The notes: generated from the sequence alone by a model not told the origin. DNA of 64,000 nt from Raja brachyura (GCA_963514005.1 OY740814.1:1488001-1552000); one strand, 5' to 3'. Numbered from the stretch's first letter, positions 37,293-49,360 are shown. A program made the numbers and translations.

Positions 37293-39330
37293 GTGTAGGA
37301 AGGATTTGCAGATGCTGGTTTAAACTGAAGATAGAACCAAAAAGCTGGAGTAACTCAGCGGGACAGGCAGCATCTCTGGAGAGAAGGAATGGGTGACGTT
37401 TCGGGGTCAAGACCCTTCTTCAGACTGGTTAGGATAAGGGAAACGAGAGATATAGAGGGTGATGTGGAGAGATAAAATAAACGGGCCAATGTTAGCTGTT
37501 TGTTGGGTGAAAACGAGAAGCTGGTGCGACTTGGGTGGGGGGAATAGAGAGAGAGGGAATGCTGGGGCTACCTGAAGTGAGCAAAATCAAAATTCATCCC
37601 GCTGGGCTGTAAGCTGCCCAAGTGAAATATGAGATGCTGTTCCTCCAATTTGCATTTAGCCTCACTCTGACAATGGAGGAGACCTAGGACAGAATGATCT
37701 GTGTCGGAATGGGAAGGAGAATTAAAGAGTTTAGCAACCGGAAGATCAGGTTGGTTCACACGGGCTGAGCGAAGGTGTTCAGTGAAACGATCGCCCAGTC
37801 TGCGTTTGGTCTCGCCGATGTATAAGAGTCCACATCTTGAACAACGGATACAGTCGATGAGGGGTGTTACAAAACTTACCTTCAGCAGCGCTGCAGTTCT
37901 GCCACTGCCCGTGTGCGCGACTTTGGCGCCTTTGAGAGGGGGGCGGGTTTAAAATGCGTTTTTTCTTCAGACTATTCAAATCGATTTTGAACATGCTATT
38001 TAGTTGCTGAAGAAAAATCGCTTCGACTGCCATTTTATTAAGTTTATTAAAATTAGCGCTGGATAATTTAATAGGAGTAAAATTAAAATCATCTTCTAGC
38101 GCCGTGAACACCGACAACGGGACGGATCTCACGTAAGGGACAAGGCAAGGTACACCGTTTATCTTTTCATATAAACTTGCTTCTTAGGATGCCTTTAATC
38201 AAAATTTCACGTTGCAAAAAGGTGACTGAGGACCCATATGAACTGGCAGTATATTTCCTGCCGATATGGAGTTTAAATTCACCGCAACCGCAACGTTCCA
38301 AACGATCGCGTTCCACAAAATCCTACTCGCAAGATGATTAAAATGGCCATTAATTCACGGGAATTTAACACTAAATTCTTTCCATTTAGCCTATAAATTC
38401 ATGACAATGAGATTTAAAAATCATGTTATATTGTGAATTCTTGTGTGAATGTTATTTGGACGCTTAGGCTTTTAAAAAATGTTAACCTTTTCTTAAGAAA
38501 TGGATAGATGTTTAGATCTAGTAATTGAATTTTATTATTAGCTACAATTAGGTAACTAACTAATTATATGCTTTAATTTCAGTTCATCCAAGTAAGATTG
38601 GTTCATATTTGTTTCAGAATGGTTTCATATATAATAACAGAAAATTTCAATCAGTTCTCTTAATTCTTAAAAAAGTTATGGGTTTTTGACTGTCCTTGAT
38701 CACAGCTTTTGTGTTAAGTCAGTGGAAAAACAAAAGGGAACAAGATGCTAATTTCCGAGTATGAAAATGGCCATAACTTTTTTAATACTGAAAATATGAA
38801 AGTGAATTAGGTGTCAAATTAAACTTTTTATTCTTTATCTGATGGGATAAATTGCAGACTTGATTTTTAAAATCTCAAACTTTTGTAATATTGCTGGTAG
38901 ATGAGGTTGGAGGAGGTGCAGGTGAACCTCTGCCTAACCTGAAAGGACTATCGGGGTCCCTGGACAGAGTCGAGGGAGGAGGTATAACGTCAGGTGTTGC
39001 AGGGGAAGGTACCTGGGGAGGGGGTGGTTTGGGTGGGAAGGGATGAGTTAACCAAGGAATTGCGGAGGGAACAGTCTCTGCGGAAAGCGGATAGGGGTGG
39101 AGATGGGAAAATGTGGCTGGTGGTGGGATCCTGTTGGAGGTGGTGGATATTTTGGAGGATTATGTGTTGTATGCGACGGCTGATGGGGTGGAAGGTGAGG
39201 TCTAGGGGAACTCGGGAGAGCAAGGGCGGAGCTGTGGGGTACCGAGGAGATACAAGTGAGGGCCTCATCAATGATGGGAGAGGGGGACCCCCATTTCCTA
39301 AAGAAGGAGGACATCTCGGATGTCCTGGAT
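37293..39330 (-). mobile_element. Penelope-like retroelement 3' part: GIY-YIG endonuclease, 3' UTR and hammerhead-bearing terminus, interrupted at 37861-38896
   Basis: AFRRDCSLRNSLV..GTFPC..FTCTSSNLIY | CIRCSRCGLLYIGETKRRLGDRFTEH...PVAKLFN..H...LEEQHLIFHLGSLQPSGMN (stop at 37568), then UTR and agtctgaagaagggtcttgaccccgaaacgtc...ccttcctacac. Confidence 0.92.
37861..38896. mobile_element. Non-autonomous DNA transposon (hAT-like), about 1.04 kb
   Basis: Splits the GIY-YIG motif. Flanked by gtcgatga (37853-37860) and gtagatga (38897-38904). Imperfect TIR tgttacaaaa / ttttgtaata. AT-rich and non-coding. Confidence 0.75.
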
Positions 39331-39421
39331 TTCCATACCAGGGCATGGTGAGGCAGGCTCCATTTGTACTTGACGGAGAGAATGGCCTTATTCTGCTCCT
39401 AGAACTTATGAACATGCAGTT

Positions 39422-39722
39422 TTCAGTTCACGTAATTGCCACGTGTACCGAAAGTACAGTGAAAATCTTTAGTTGCGTGCTAACCAGTCAGCAGAAAGAC
39501 AATACGTGATTACAATGAAGCCATTTGCAGTGTACAGATACAGGATAAGGGAATGACGTATAGTGCAAGGTAAAGCCAGCAAAGTCTGATCCAGGACAGT
39601 CTGAGGATCATCAAAGAGGTAGATAATAGTCCAGCACCGCTCTCTGGTTGTGGTAGGATGGTTCAGTTGCCAGATAACAGCTGGGAAGAAACTGTCGCTG
39701 AATCTGGAGGTGTGCGTTTTCA
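39422..39722 (-). mobile_element. Rex1-like LINE 3' fragment
   Basis: MKTHTSRFSDSFFPAVIWQLN plus UTR and tail. Confidence 0.78.
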
Positions 39723-39790
39723 TGTGAAACTTTGTGAAAGGCAAGAAGAGACTTTATTTAAAATGTCAGGTTTTACAATTCTTCTCTCAC

Positions 39791-39918
39791 CTGCCGTTTA
39801 AGCATCGACGGAGGGAATAGGAGGCCCCTCCGCCACAGGTCCTGGAACAGTCGCTCCAGGACCCCCAGGCATCCCAGCCAGTGTCCTGGTCCTCATCCGA
39901 GCGCGGGATCCTTGACGT
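39791..39918 (-). CDS. ADAMTSL3: ADAMTS-like protein coding exon (128 bp), N-terminal part of TSP1 repeat 1
   Basis: Minus strand ttcattttgcag|ACG...GGC AG|gtgaga. Translates [42 protein letters not shown](R), with the WxxWxxW and [11 protein letters not shown]1 motifs. Phase 0 in, phase 2 out. TSR/SDED/WSDC/CLxGR resemble ADAMTSL3 more than ADAMTSL1 (human sequences recalled from memory). Confidence 0.93.
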
Positions 39919-41553
39919 CTGCAAAATGAAAAAGTAAACATAACGTCGCTGGAGCTTGCAATCAACCCGATCAACGAGAACAAATTCCCCTGCCTCAGGT
40001 AATACGGAGAGAACTGCAGGTGCTGGAAACTTCAGCAAAACACAGAGTGCGGGAGTAACTCAACAGGTCAGGCAGCATCTGTGGAGGGATTCTGTGGACA
40101 GGCAACATTTTGGGTCAGGACCTCTTCTTTGCAACCCAAATGTTTAAACAAACTAACTAACTCAACTCTCTCTCTCTCTACACCAACCCCCTCGTTGTAC
40201 ACCTATATTTCCCACTATCCCCCCCCCCCCCCCCCCCCCACCTTTCCCCTAACGATACGTAGAACTTTATTTATCCCAGGAAGGAAATTAATTTTCATCT
40301 ACATTCCACCTACATCCCTTCCTCTACATTCCTTCTTTTCAGAAGGAGATGAGGCAACATTTCTTTAGTCAGAGGGTGGTGATTCTATGGAATTCTTTGC
40401 CACGAAAGGCTGTGGAGGCCAAGTTAGTGGATATTTTTTAGGCAGAGATAGATAGAATCTTAATTAGAATGGGTGTCGGAGTTTATGGGGAGACGGCAGG
40501 AGAATGGGGTTGGGGGGAGAGATAGATCAGCCATGATTGAATGACGGAATAGACTCAATGGGCTGAATGGCCTAATTCTGCCCCTATCCCTTATGACCCA
40601 AAACGTCACATCCATTCCCTCCACAGATGCTACTTGATACATTGGTTTACTCCAGCACTTTGTGCTTTGCTTAAAATACCCAGCATGTGACATGGCCTCA
40701 TGACATTGGTTTTCCGTTTTGATGTAACGGATCGCTTCGGCCATGACAAGGTACCTGGCTTGCTCGAGGAGCGGGAGCGGGTGGAAAAGTGGCTGGCACC
40801 GTGCCTGCCGTTCTCCGCTCTGCTCTTGGAATGGGCCAGGTAATTCTCCGTGGGCCCGCACTTAAACATTCCCTTCAATGTCAGGCTAATAAATTTTCCA
40901 GTAAGAGGGCTTTTCAGTGAGGAATAACCTGATCCATTTCATATGGTCTCACTCAAAATAACTGTATTTCCAGAGGTAAATTTCATAAATATCCTTCTTT
41001 GCAACCCACAATTATTCACTACTGATGGTTTTGATCTCTCTACATCCAATGATCCAAATGCTCATTTTACTTATATCGTTTTTCATCCTTGTCTGGGCTT
41101 ATCAATATAATCCTCAACAATAAATACTAATTACATGTACACGCTCTTCTCAAGTGTGTTTGTTGCTGTTAACCATTTCTGACAGGGGTCTATTCCATAT
41201 TTCTCAATAGAATAGCTCCTTCCAGTCTAAAAGTTTCCCAGACATTAATATCCTGAGATATTTATGAATGGTTTAAGCTTGTCCACTTCACTTGTATATT
41301 TGTCACCATTTTATGACATTATACACAATGAGAAAAATGTTCCACCATATCATGTGTGGTGTAATAGGTCTTGGGCATAATTGTGTTCGCTGTTTAAGCC
41401 ACCATCAGTCTAGAGAAGGGTCTCCACCCGAAGCGTCACCTATTCCTTTGCTCCATAGATGCTGCCTCACCCGCTGAGTTTCTCCAGCATTTTTGTCTAC
41501 CATCGCTAAAGACCATGTGACTTTCAAATATGTTACTTGGAGAGAAAAGACCT

Positions 41554-42053
41554 ACAATAGACAATAGACAAAGTGAGAGGAGGCAAGTTTAATGGAGACG
41601 GACATTTGAAATCACATCCCCTTAATCAGAATGACCTGCCCAATGCCGTAGATTCTGAATATCCCTGATGTCAATAGACAATAGACAATAGGTGCAGGAG
41701 TAGGCCATTTGGCCCTTTGAGCCAGCACCGCCATTCAATGTGATCATGGCTGATCATCCCCAATCAGCACCCCGTTCCTGCCTCCTTCCCATATCCCCTG
41801 ACTCCGCTATTTTTAAGAGCCCTATCTAGCTCTCTCTTGAAAGTATCCAGAGAACCTGCCTCCACCGCCCTCTGAAGCAGAGAATTCCACAGACTCACAA
41901 CTCTCTGTGAGAAAAAGTGTTTCCTCGTCTCCGCTCTAAATGGCTTACCCCTTATTCTTAAACTGTGGCCCCTGGTTCTGGACTCCCCCAACATCGGGAA
42001 CATGTTTCCTGCCTCTAGCGTGTCCAAGCCCTTAACAATCTTATATGTTTCAA
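41554..42053 (-). mobile_element. CR1 3' fragment plus about 104 bp extra 3' sequence and a second tail
   Basis: ETYKIVKGLDTLEAGNMFPMLGESRTRGHSLRIRG ORF end. (caataga)n at 41672-41691 and again at 41554-41568. Confidence 0.88.
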
Positions 42054-43416
42054 CATATGGCAACAACTGTAAACTATAATTAATTATTTGGCTCCAGTCC
42101 TCGTCACAATGGCCACAACTTGGATGAAGGAGATGAATTCAGAGACGTGGTGACAGTGACCACACTTGATGTCAAGGCAGAATTTGACCAAAGAAGTCAT
42201 CAAGTGGCTCTGGTAAATCCCGTGCTAATGAGAAGGGTTTCAAACACCAGCGCTTCCATGACCCCTTTCAAGTTACACATCCTGCTGCTCAAATACTGTC
42301 TTTCCGCTGACTGGTTAGCGCACGACAAAAGCTTTTCACTGTACCTCGGCACATGTGACAATAAACTAAACTGTCCCTCTTGAGGTGGGAGTATGTCACC
42401 ATCCTGCACCTAAAACCCAAAACTCCCCACCCAACTGTAACTCCATACAGACGGTTAGGTCAGGATCAAACCGGGTCTCTGGCGCTGTGAGGCAGCAACT
42501 CTACCGCTGCGCCACTGTACACTATTCATATAGCTCAATATACACTGCTGTTGCTACTCCTTGGCTCCTTTCAATGTTTCAAATTACTACAAAGCTTCAA
42601 TCATTTTGCCAACATTTCTTCAAAGGCACCCAGCCACGTGTGATTTATCAGCTGCAGTTTAGTTTATTGTCACATGTAACGAGGTACAGTGAAAAGCTTT
42701 TTATTGCGTGCTGACCAGTCAACAGAAAGACAAAACATGATTACAATCAATCCATTGACAGTGTACAGCTACATGATTTATATGCCAGCTTTACCCTAAA
42801 TATCTGTGTCTCCAGAACTAAAATGTTGCTTTTTATGTTTCACACATTGGTATTTATTTCTGAATATAAATCTACCACTGGCTGGTGTGAATTTACTGCC
42901 AAATATTCCAATCATTCTACTTCATGGAGAACAGATGACAGTGTACTTTGACCTAGACACAAGACATGAACAACTACACTCTAACCTCCCACTGGCATCC
43001 TTTCAATACTTGCCTTGGACTTTATATACAGAATCATGAGGGTTTTTTTCATGCGGAAATTAGATCATAACCTTTGGCTGTAGTGCATATGAAATTAAAT
43101 GCAAAAATCGCAACGTTTTGGTCCCAGATGCAATGTTCCTTCAATACCATTCCAAGAATGACATTATGCCATCTGGCTTCTCTTTGAAATACATTGAAAG
43201 AAAGTTCCTGTTCTTAATTCATAGTTATGGATCAAAATTACTTGAGAAATTTATGGGTTGTCCATTCCAGCTTAAGCACGTGTTTAATGATCTAGGAGAT
43301 CTGAAATAGTGGCCGACTAATCTCCCTGGCATCTAATGTTGCCTTTCAAAAAACTGAAGTCTCATTAACTCACATTTTAATTATTGTTGGAGATTATTTA
43401 ATCCTTCCTTCAACTT

Positions 43417-43717
43417 TGGGTATGGCACGGTGGCGCAGCGGTCGATTTGCTTCCTTACAGCTTCCTAACAGGGACCCAGGTTCAATCCTGACGACGGGTG
43501 CTGTCTGTATGGAGTTTTTACGTTCTCCCTGTGACCTGAGTGGGTTTTCTCTGGGTGCTCTGGTATCCTACCACACTCCCACGTTAATTGGCTTTGGTAA
43601 AATTGTAAATTCACCCTAGTGTGTGCGTGTAGGACAGTGCTAGTGTACGGGTGATTGTTGGTCGAAGCGGACTTGATGGGCCGAAGAGCCTGTTTCTGCG
43701 CTGTATCTCTAAACTAA
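43417..43717 (+). mobile_element. V-SINE
   Basis: Head, partly deleted V-domain and tail. Confidence 0.82.
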
Positions 43718-44354
43718 AGTCAAAGTTAGTAAAACTAAATTAAACTACCGGTTAGTTTGCCCAATCCAATTTTTTCTCTTTTCAATTAATCTTGTTTTTC
43801 CAATCCCGTTCAAATTGACTTTCTGCACTTGGTTTTACATTCAGTGATCCAACATTGCTTTGCATTGATGACCAGTTCCACAGAAAGCAAGTAGCCAGTT
43901 TCTCTTCACCAGCGGGTTTGGCACCAACCTGTCGCAATGCACCATCTTCTGGATGTCAAAGATAAGCGGGAAGAGGGGGGGGGGGGGGGGGGGGATGCTG
44001 GCACACCTGATCTCACAGGTAACCCACTGGGGATCAGGACTTAGAGGACTGACAGATCTACGTATCCAAGTCACCCTTCACTTCACATCAGGGGCGGCTC
44101 GATTGGGATTTGTAACTTTGTAACCCCTTTCATGTGCAACTATTGTATATCTTCACAAGGTATGCAAGCAAAAAAGTTCACTGTAAAGTTTTCATGAACT
44201 TTTCATTGGTATTGGTATTTTCGTTGTCTGGTTAGCACGCAACAAAAGCTTTCCACTGTACCTCAGTGCACGTGACAATAAACTTAACTGCCCAAAATGA
44301 TTAAACATTTTAAACTATTTGTACTCAAGTTGACATGTTTGACTAAGATTAAGA

Positions 44355-44727
44355 ATAAGATTATTAAGGGTTTGGACACGCTAGAGGCAAGATACATGTT
44401 CCCGATGTTGGGGGAGTCCAGAACAAGGGGTCACAGTTGAAGATTAAGGGGTAAGCCATTTAGAACGGAGATGAGGAAACACTTTTTCTCACAGAGAGTT
44501 GTGAGTCTGTGGAATTCTCTGCCTCAGAGGGCGGTGGAGGCGGGTTCTCTGGTTACTTTCAAGAGAGAGCTCGATAGGGCTCTTAAAAATAGCGGAGTCA
44601 GGGGATATGGGGAGAAGGCAGGAACGGGGTACTGATTGTGGATGATCAGCCATGATCACATTGAATGACGGTACTGCCTCGAAGGGCCGAATGGCCTACT
44701 CCTGCACCCATTGTCTATTGTCTATTG
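44355..44727 (+). mobile_element. CR1 3' fragment, inverted partner of 41672-42053
   Basis: Same subfamily, near-identical 5' truncation point, (ctattgt)n tail. Confidence 0.88.
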
Positions 44728-45049
44728 ACATCAGGGATATTCAGAAGCTACGGCATTGGGCAGGTTATTCTGATTAAGGGGATGTGATTTCAAACATCCG
44801 TCTCCATTAAACTTCCCTCCTCTCACTTTGTAGCTCTGCCCCCTAGTGTTGGACACCTCCACCCATGGAACAAAGGTTGAGAGGCCACGCAGACCAGCAA
44901 GCAAATGTTGATCCTAATCTCATGTTATTCTGCGCACGTCCTCAGCAACTCCTCCAAGGTTTCACTCTTCACCTGCACACAAAGAGCGGCCAATTAACCT
45001 AGCGGCCAGTATACTGTGGGATGAAACGGGAGCATCTGGAATGTAGAAG

Positions 45050-45450
45050 GAAGAGAGGGGATCTTAGAGAAACATATAACATTTGTAAGGGATTGGACAG
45101 GGTAGATGCAGGAAAAATGTTACCGATGTTGGGGGAGTCCAGAACCAGGGGGTCACAGTTTGAGAATAAGGGTTCGGCCATTTAGGACTGAAATGAGGAA
45201 AAACTTTTCACCCAGAGTTGTGAATCTGTGGAATTCTCTGCCACAGAAGGCAGTGGAGGCCAATTCACTGGGTGCTTTTAAGGGAGAGTTAGATTTAGTT
45301 CTTAGGGCTAACGGGATCAAGGGATATGGGGAGAAAGCAGGATCAGGGTACAGATTTAGGATGATCAGCCGTGATCATATTGAATGGTGGTGCTGGCTCA
45401 AAGGGCGGAATGGCCTACTCCTGCACCTATTTTCGATGTTTCTCTGTTTC
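45050..45450 (+). mobile_element. CR1 3' fragment
   Basis: gaggggatcttagagaaacatataa...ctcctgcacctattttc. Confidence 0.85.
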
Positions 45451-45734
45451 ATCAGGGGGAAACCTACACAGTTGCAGAAAAAAACATGCAAACTGGACAC
45501 AGACATCGCTGGAGATCAGGACTGAAGCCAGGGTGCGGAACATTTGAAGCCCATAGCCCATCTTGCTGCATCACTCTGCCACCCTTTACGTACCTGACGA
45601 CACTCCCAGAGTTCTGTCCCTAAAGGGTTATGTATATATTTCACATTGAAAGATTAAAAAAGGACTGATAAAAAAGAATTCACATAATATCAAAGTTAAA
45701 ACACAATAAAAAATACACCAAACAATTAAACACA

Positions 45735-46001
45735 TGGCCCTTCGGCCCGCTGAGTCCGTGCCGACCAGCGATCCCCGTACACTAGCACTATCCTCCACAC
45801 TGGGGAGAATTTTTACCGAAGCCAATTAACCTACAAACCAGCATGTCTTTGGAGTGTGGGAAGAAACTGGAGCACCCGGAGAAAAACCCATGCAGTCACG
45901 GGGAGACCGTACAAACTCTGTACAGACAGCACCCGTAGACAGAATCAAACCTGAGTCTCTGGCGCTGTGAGGCAGCAACTCTACCGCTGCACCACCGTGC
46001 C
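45735..46001 (-). mobile_element. V-SINE
   Basis: Reverse complement of the family consensus. Confidence 0.85.
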
Positions 46002-46489
46002 ACTTGATTGAAATCACATAAACCAAAGATTTAGGCCAACATACTTCACATTGCAATGTAAAACTGCAAACTGTGCTCTTTGGCTCTGTTTCCTGGATTT
46101 ATTGGAGGTGCACTCATATAATCCTTAAATATTTTATTCATCAACAAAGACTTGCCAAACACCCTTTTAAAGAACTCAGCCTGAAAACAATACTTTGTGC
46201 AAATTACCAACGACATCCCATTTGTATAACACTGAGCCATCACCTCAAGCAACCTGACTGTTAAACTTATGAGGTGGCAAAGGCTTCTTCAGGTGATGTG
46301 GTATTATCTCACAACATGGACCTATAAAAACACCATCGCAAACATTAAACAAATCGAGGCACGAGAAACTGTTTTTTGTTCTGATTTGAGCATCTACAAA
46401 GCGCTGGAGGAACTCAGAAAGACAGCATCTGTGGAGGGAAATGTACAATGTTTTGGTTTGAGACTCCTGCAGTTTGAAGGGTCTTATGA

Positions 46490-47280
46490 TAGGGGGCGCC
46501 GTCCTGTATGGTATGGCTGCCCAGCCTGCAGCTGTTTGTTTTTCACTCTTTTTTTAATTTTTAGTGAGTTAAAGTGTTTTGTTTTGGAGTTTTATTCTTT
46601 TTTATGTGGGGGATGGGGGAAGGGGGAAAACTACTTTTCCTGGTCCCTACCTGGGCGAAGAGGCAGCTTTTCTCCGGGCTGCACTTTCAAACCATCCTCG
46701 CGGCCTACCAGTGGGCCTGGAGCGGCGTTTCCTGAGGAGATCGGCTTTGGCAGCACGCTGCGCTGGATCGCTATCGCGGAGCGGGCGGTGCCTTGTCTGG
46801 GTCGCCGCGCTGGAACTCCGGTGAGCTGCAACCGCCGAGAAAAACATAGCGGAGCTGCGGGACTGTGGAGCGGCCGGCGGCCCTGACTTCAACATCGGGA
46901 GCCAGTGGGGGAGCTCCATCCAGCGCGGCCTTGTTGGCTTCGGAAGCCACAGACTCCGGTAAGGAAGCGGCTGTTCCAAGTGTCCCAAGCCGCTGAGAGG
47001 ATTCTCCCGACGCCGGAGCACCATCACCCCGCGAGAACGGCCTGGAACATCGAGCCTCCGTGAAGGCGACTGCGGAGGCCTCAATAGGCCTGACTATGGG
47101 TGGACATGGGATGGGGACTGGACATTGTGCCTTCCCTCATAATGGGAACCATTGTGGGGGGATGTTTTTTATGTTTAAAATCTCTTTATTATCGTTATGT
47201 CTGCATTCTTTTTTTATGTGCTGCATTGGCAAGAACCATTTCACTACACCAATTGGTGTCCGTGACCAATAAATACCTTT
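46490..47280 (+). mobile_element. GC/CpG-rich unclassified retroposon nested in a degenerate Penelope palindrome
   Basis: Ends atttcactacacc..gtgtccgtgaccaataaa (a Rex1-like tail). Host arms at about 46385-46465 and 47282-47345. Related fragment at 330-665. Confidence 0.6.
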
Positions 47281-48760
47281 GATCTTCTTCAGATTGACGA
47301 ATAGTCCCACAATCCAAAACATCATCTGTCCATTTCCCTCCCATGAATGAATATTGTCCATGTCTCCAGACCACGGAACTGTTGCTTCATTCAGCCCATT
47401 CAGAAACGGAGACCTTTGCTCAACAGTATGTGGTTTGTTCTTATAGGTTTCTGTACAACGTCCTTTAACAAAAGCCTTCCCCTGTACCTTGGTACACGTG
47501 ACAACAAACTACGCTAAGATCATACTCGTTGCCAAAGGTCTACAGAAGGAAAATGGTTATGAACTTGGCCTTCAAAAGAAGTCCTAGTCTGGGGGGTGGG
47601 GGGGTTGCCAAAATCTGCCCGACAGGAAACAAAAATTGAGATATTGGGAAAAAAAACACCACCTGGTTCACATCTGCAACGTAAATGGAGTATTAGACGT
47701 GAACTGGACTTAAAGTGACGGCTTGCGCCAATTTCTAAATCGCTCTCAAGTCCTAGAACAAAGAACATGTCCCTTCAACTGTTAATGGTTGAAAGATCCT
47801 GTGCCTCAGGGAAATGCTGGCAGATCCTTCCAAGGTCACCAGCGCAGCCTGACTAACCCTCGCCATCGAGCAAGGTGTTTATAGCGAGGGCTTTACCATT
47901 CACCCACTTCAGTCTGGAAATCAGAGCAGATCGCAGTGTTTCCCCCCTTCGCTGTTCGCCGTTTTCCGCGTTGACGTTTTGATTTGTACTAAACCGCTAG
48001 ATTTTATAAAAATGCTGCAATTCCCGCACATCTAATTAAAAAGGTTTTCAATGTTGCTGGTTGCGTTTCCCAGTGGGGTGTCCACTCCACACCTGCACGA
48101 AATCAAACCGTCTGGAGTGACATCGGCTTCACTGGCACCGTGACAAAAAGAACCAGTGCACTAAATGATGTGAGGCTAAAGGAACGGCTAAATACACACA
48201 CACACACACGGCAATCCTGGCTGCAACTCCACAAATCAATAACATGCTGGGACTTCTGCTGGGAGCCAAATGGTAAACTTCTAACAGGAGCTCAAATTAA
48301 CCCCAAAATTGTTTCCTTTAGTTCTTCATAATTTGTAGTGGATTTAGCATTCAGCAGATTTCAATTAACAAAAATATTATTGTTGCTTTTAGCACATTCT
48401 ATACGCCGTCACTAAAAGTTTTCAAAAGCAATCATTCTGCCTGCATGCAAATAACTACACTCAGACTTTACTGCCGTTTTAATGACTCACTAATCCCTGG
48501 ATTCCATATAATGGATTCCATATTTTGCCTCCAGGGTTAGAGCAGGTTACAAAACAAAACTACCTACAACAGCCTCAATGTGATGAGCAAGCAAAATAAA
48601 TTAGTATCGCAATGTGATTTGGAGTTGGAGACATGTTGCTCTGTGGTGAAGATTCAAACAAACTGTTGGAAGCTCAAAGTCGAGTCCCCCACTGTCTCAA
48701 CTGATTCATTCAATGATTGAACAGTCAACTTAAACACTGGTCTTGGGAAAGAGAAAGTAT

Positions 48761-49060
48761 AGGGTGACACAGTGGCGCAGCAACAGACCTGCTGCCTTTC
48801 ACTGTCATATACCTGGGTTCAATCCTGACCATGGGTGCTGTCTGTGCGGAGTTTGTACGTTCTCCTTGTGACCACATGGGTTTACTCTGGGTGGTCCGGT
48901 TTTCTCCCACATTCCAAAGACGTGCAGGTTTGTAGGTTAATTGGCTTCTGTAAATATTGTCCCCAGTATGTAGGAGGAAACTAGTTCGAACGGGTGATCG
49001 ATGGTCGGCGTGGACTCGGTGGGCTAATGGGCTTGCTTCCACATTGTATCTCACAACTAA
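48761..49060 (+). mobile_element. V-SINE
   Basis: Head, V-domain and tail. Confidence 0.85.
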
Positions 49061-49360
49061 ACTCTAAGCTATAGAGAAACAGACCAAAGGGTGCCTCAGT
49101 TTCCAGTCTCGTTTAATACAAATTGGCCCTCAACTTATTACCCATTAAAGTATCTGGCTGTAGTCCTCCTTTGCCACCCAATTGGTCAAAATGAGACAAG
49201 TTTCTGGAAGGCCATTACTGTGGGCAGCTCGGTTGTAATCATATATAGTCTTTCTGCTGACTGGTCAACAAAAACCTTTCACTGTACCTCGGTACACGTG
49301 GCAATAAACTAAATTCAACTAATCTACCACTCAACGGCAAACCAGGGAGGTCCCAACCCG

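Noticed and set aside
46269-46886. 205-aa ORF (longest in the window)
   Set aside because: Crosses unique DNA, a Penelope arm and a GC-rich repeat. No recognisable domain. GC richness explains the lack of stops.
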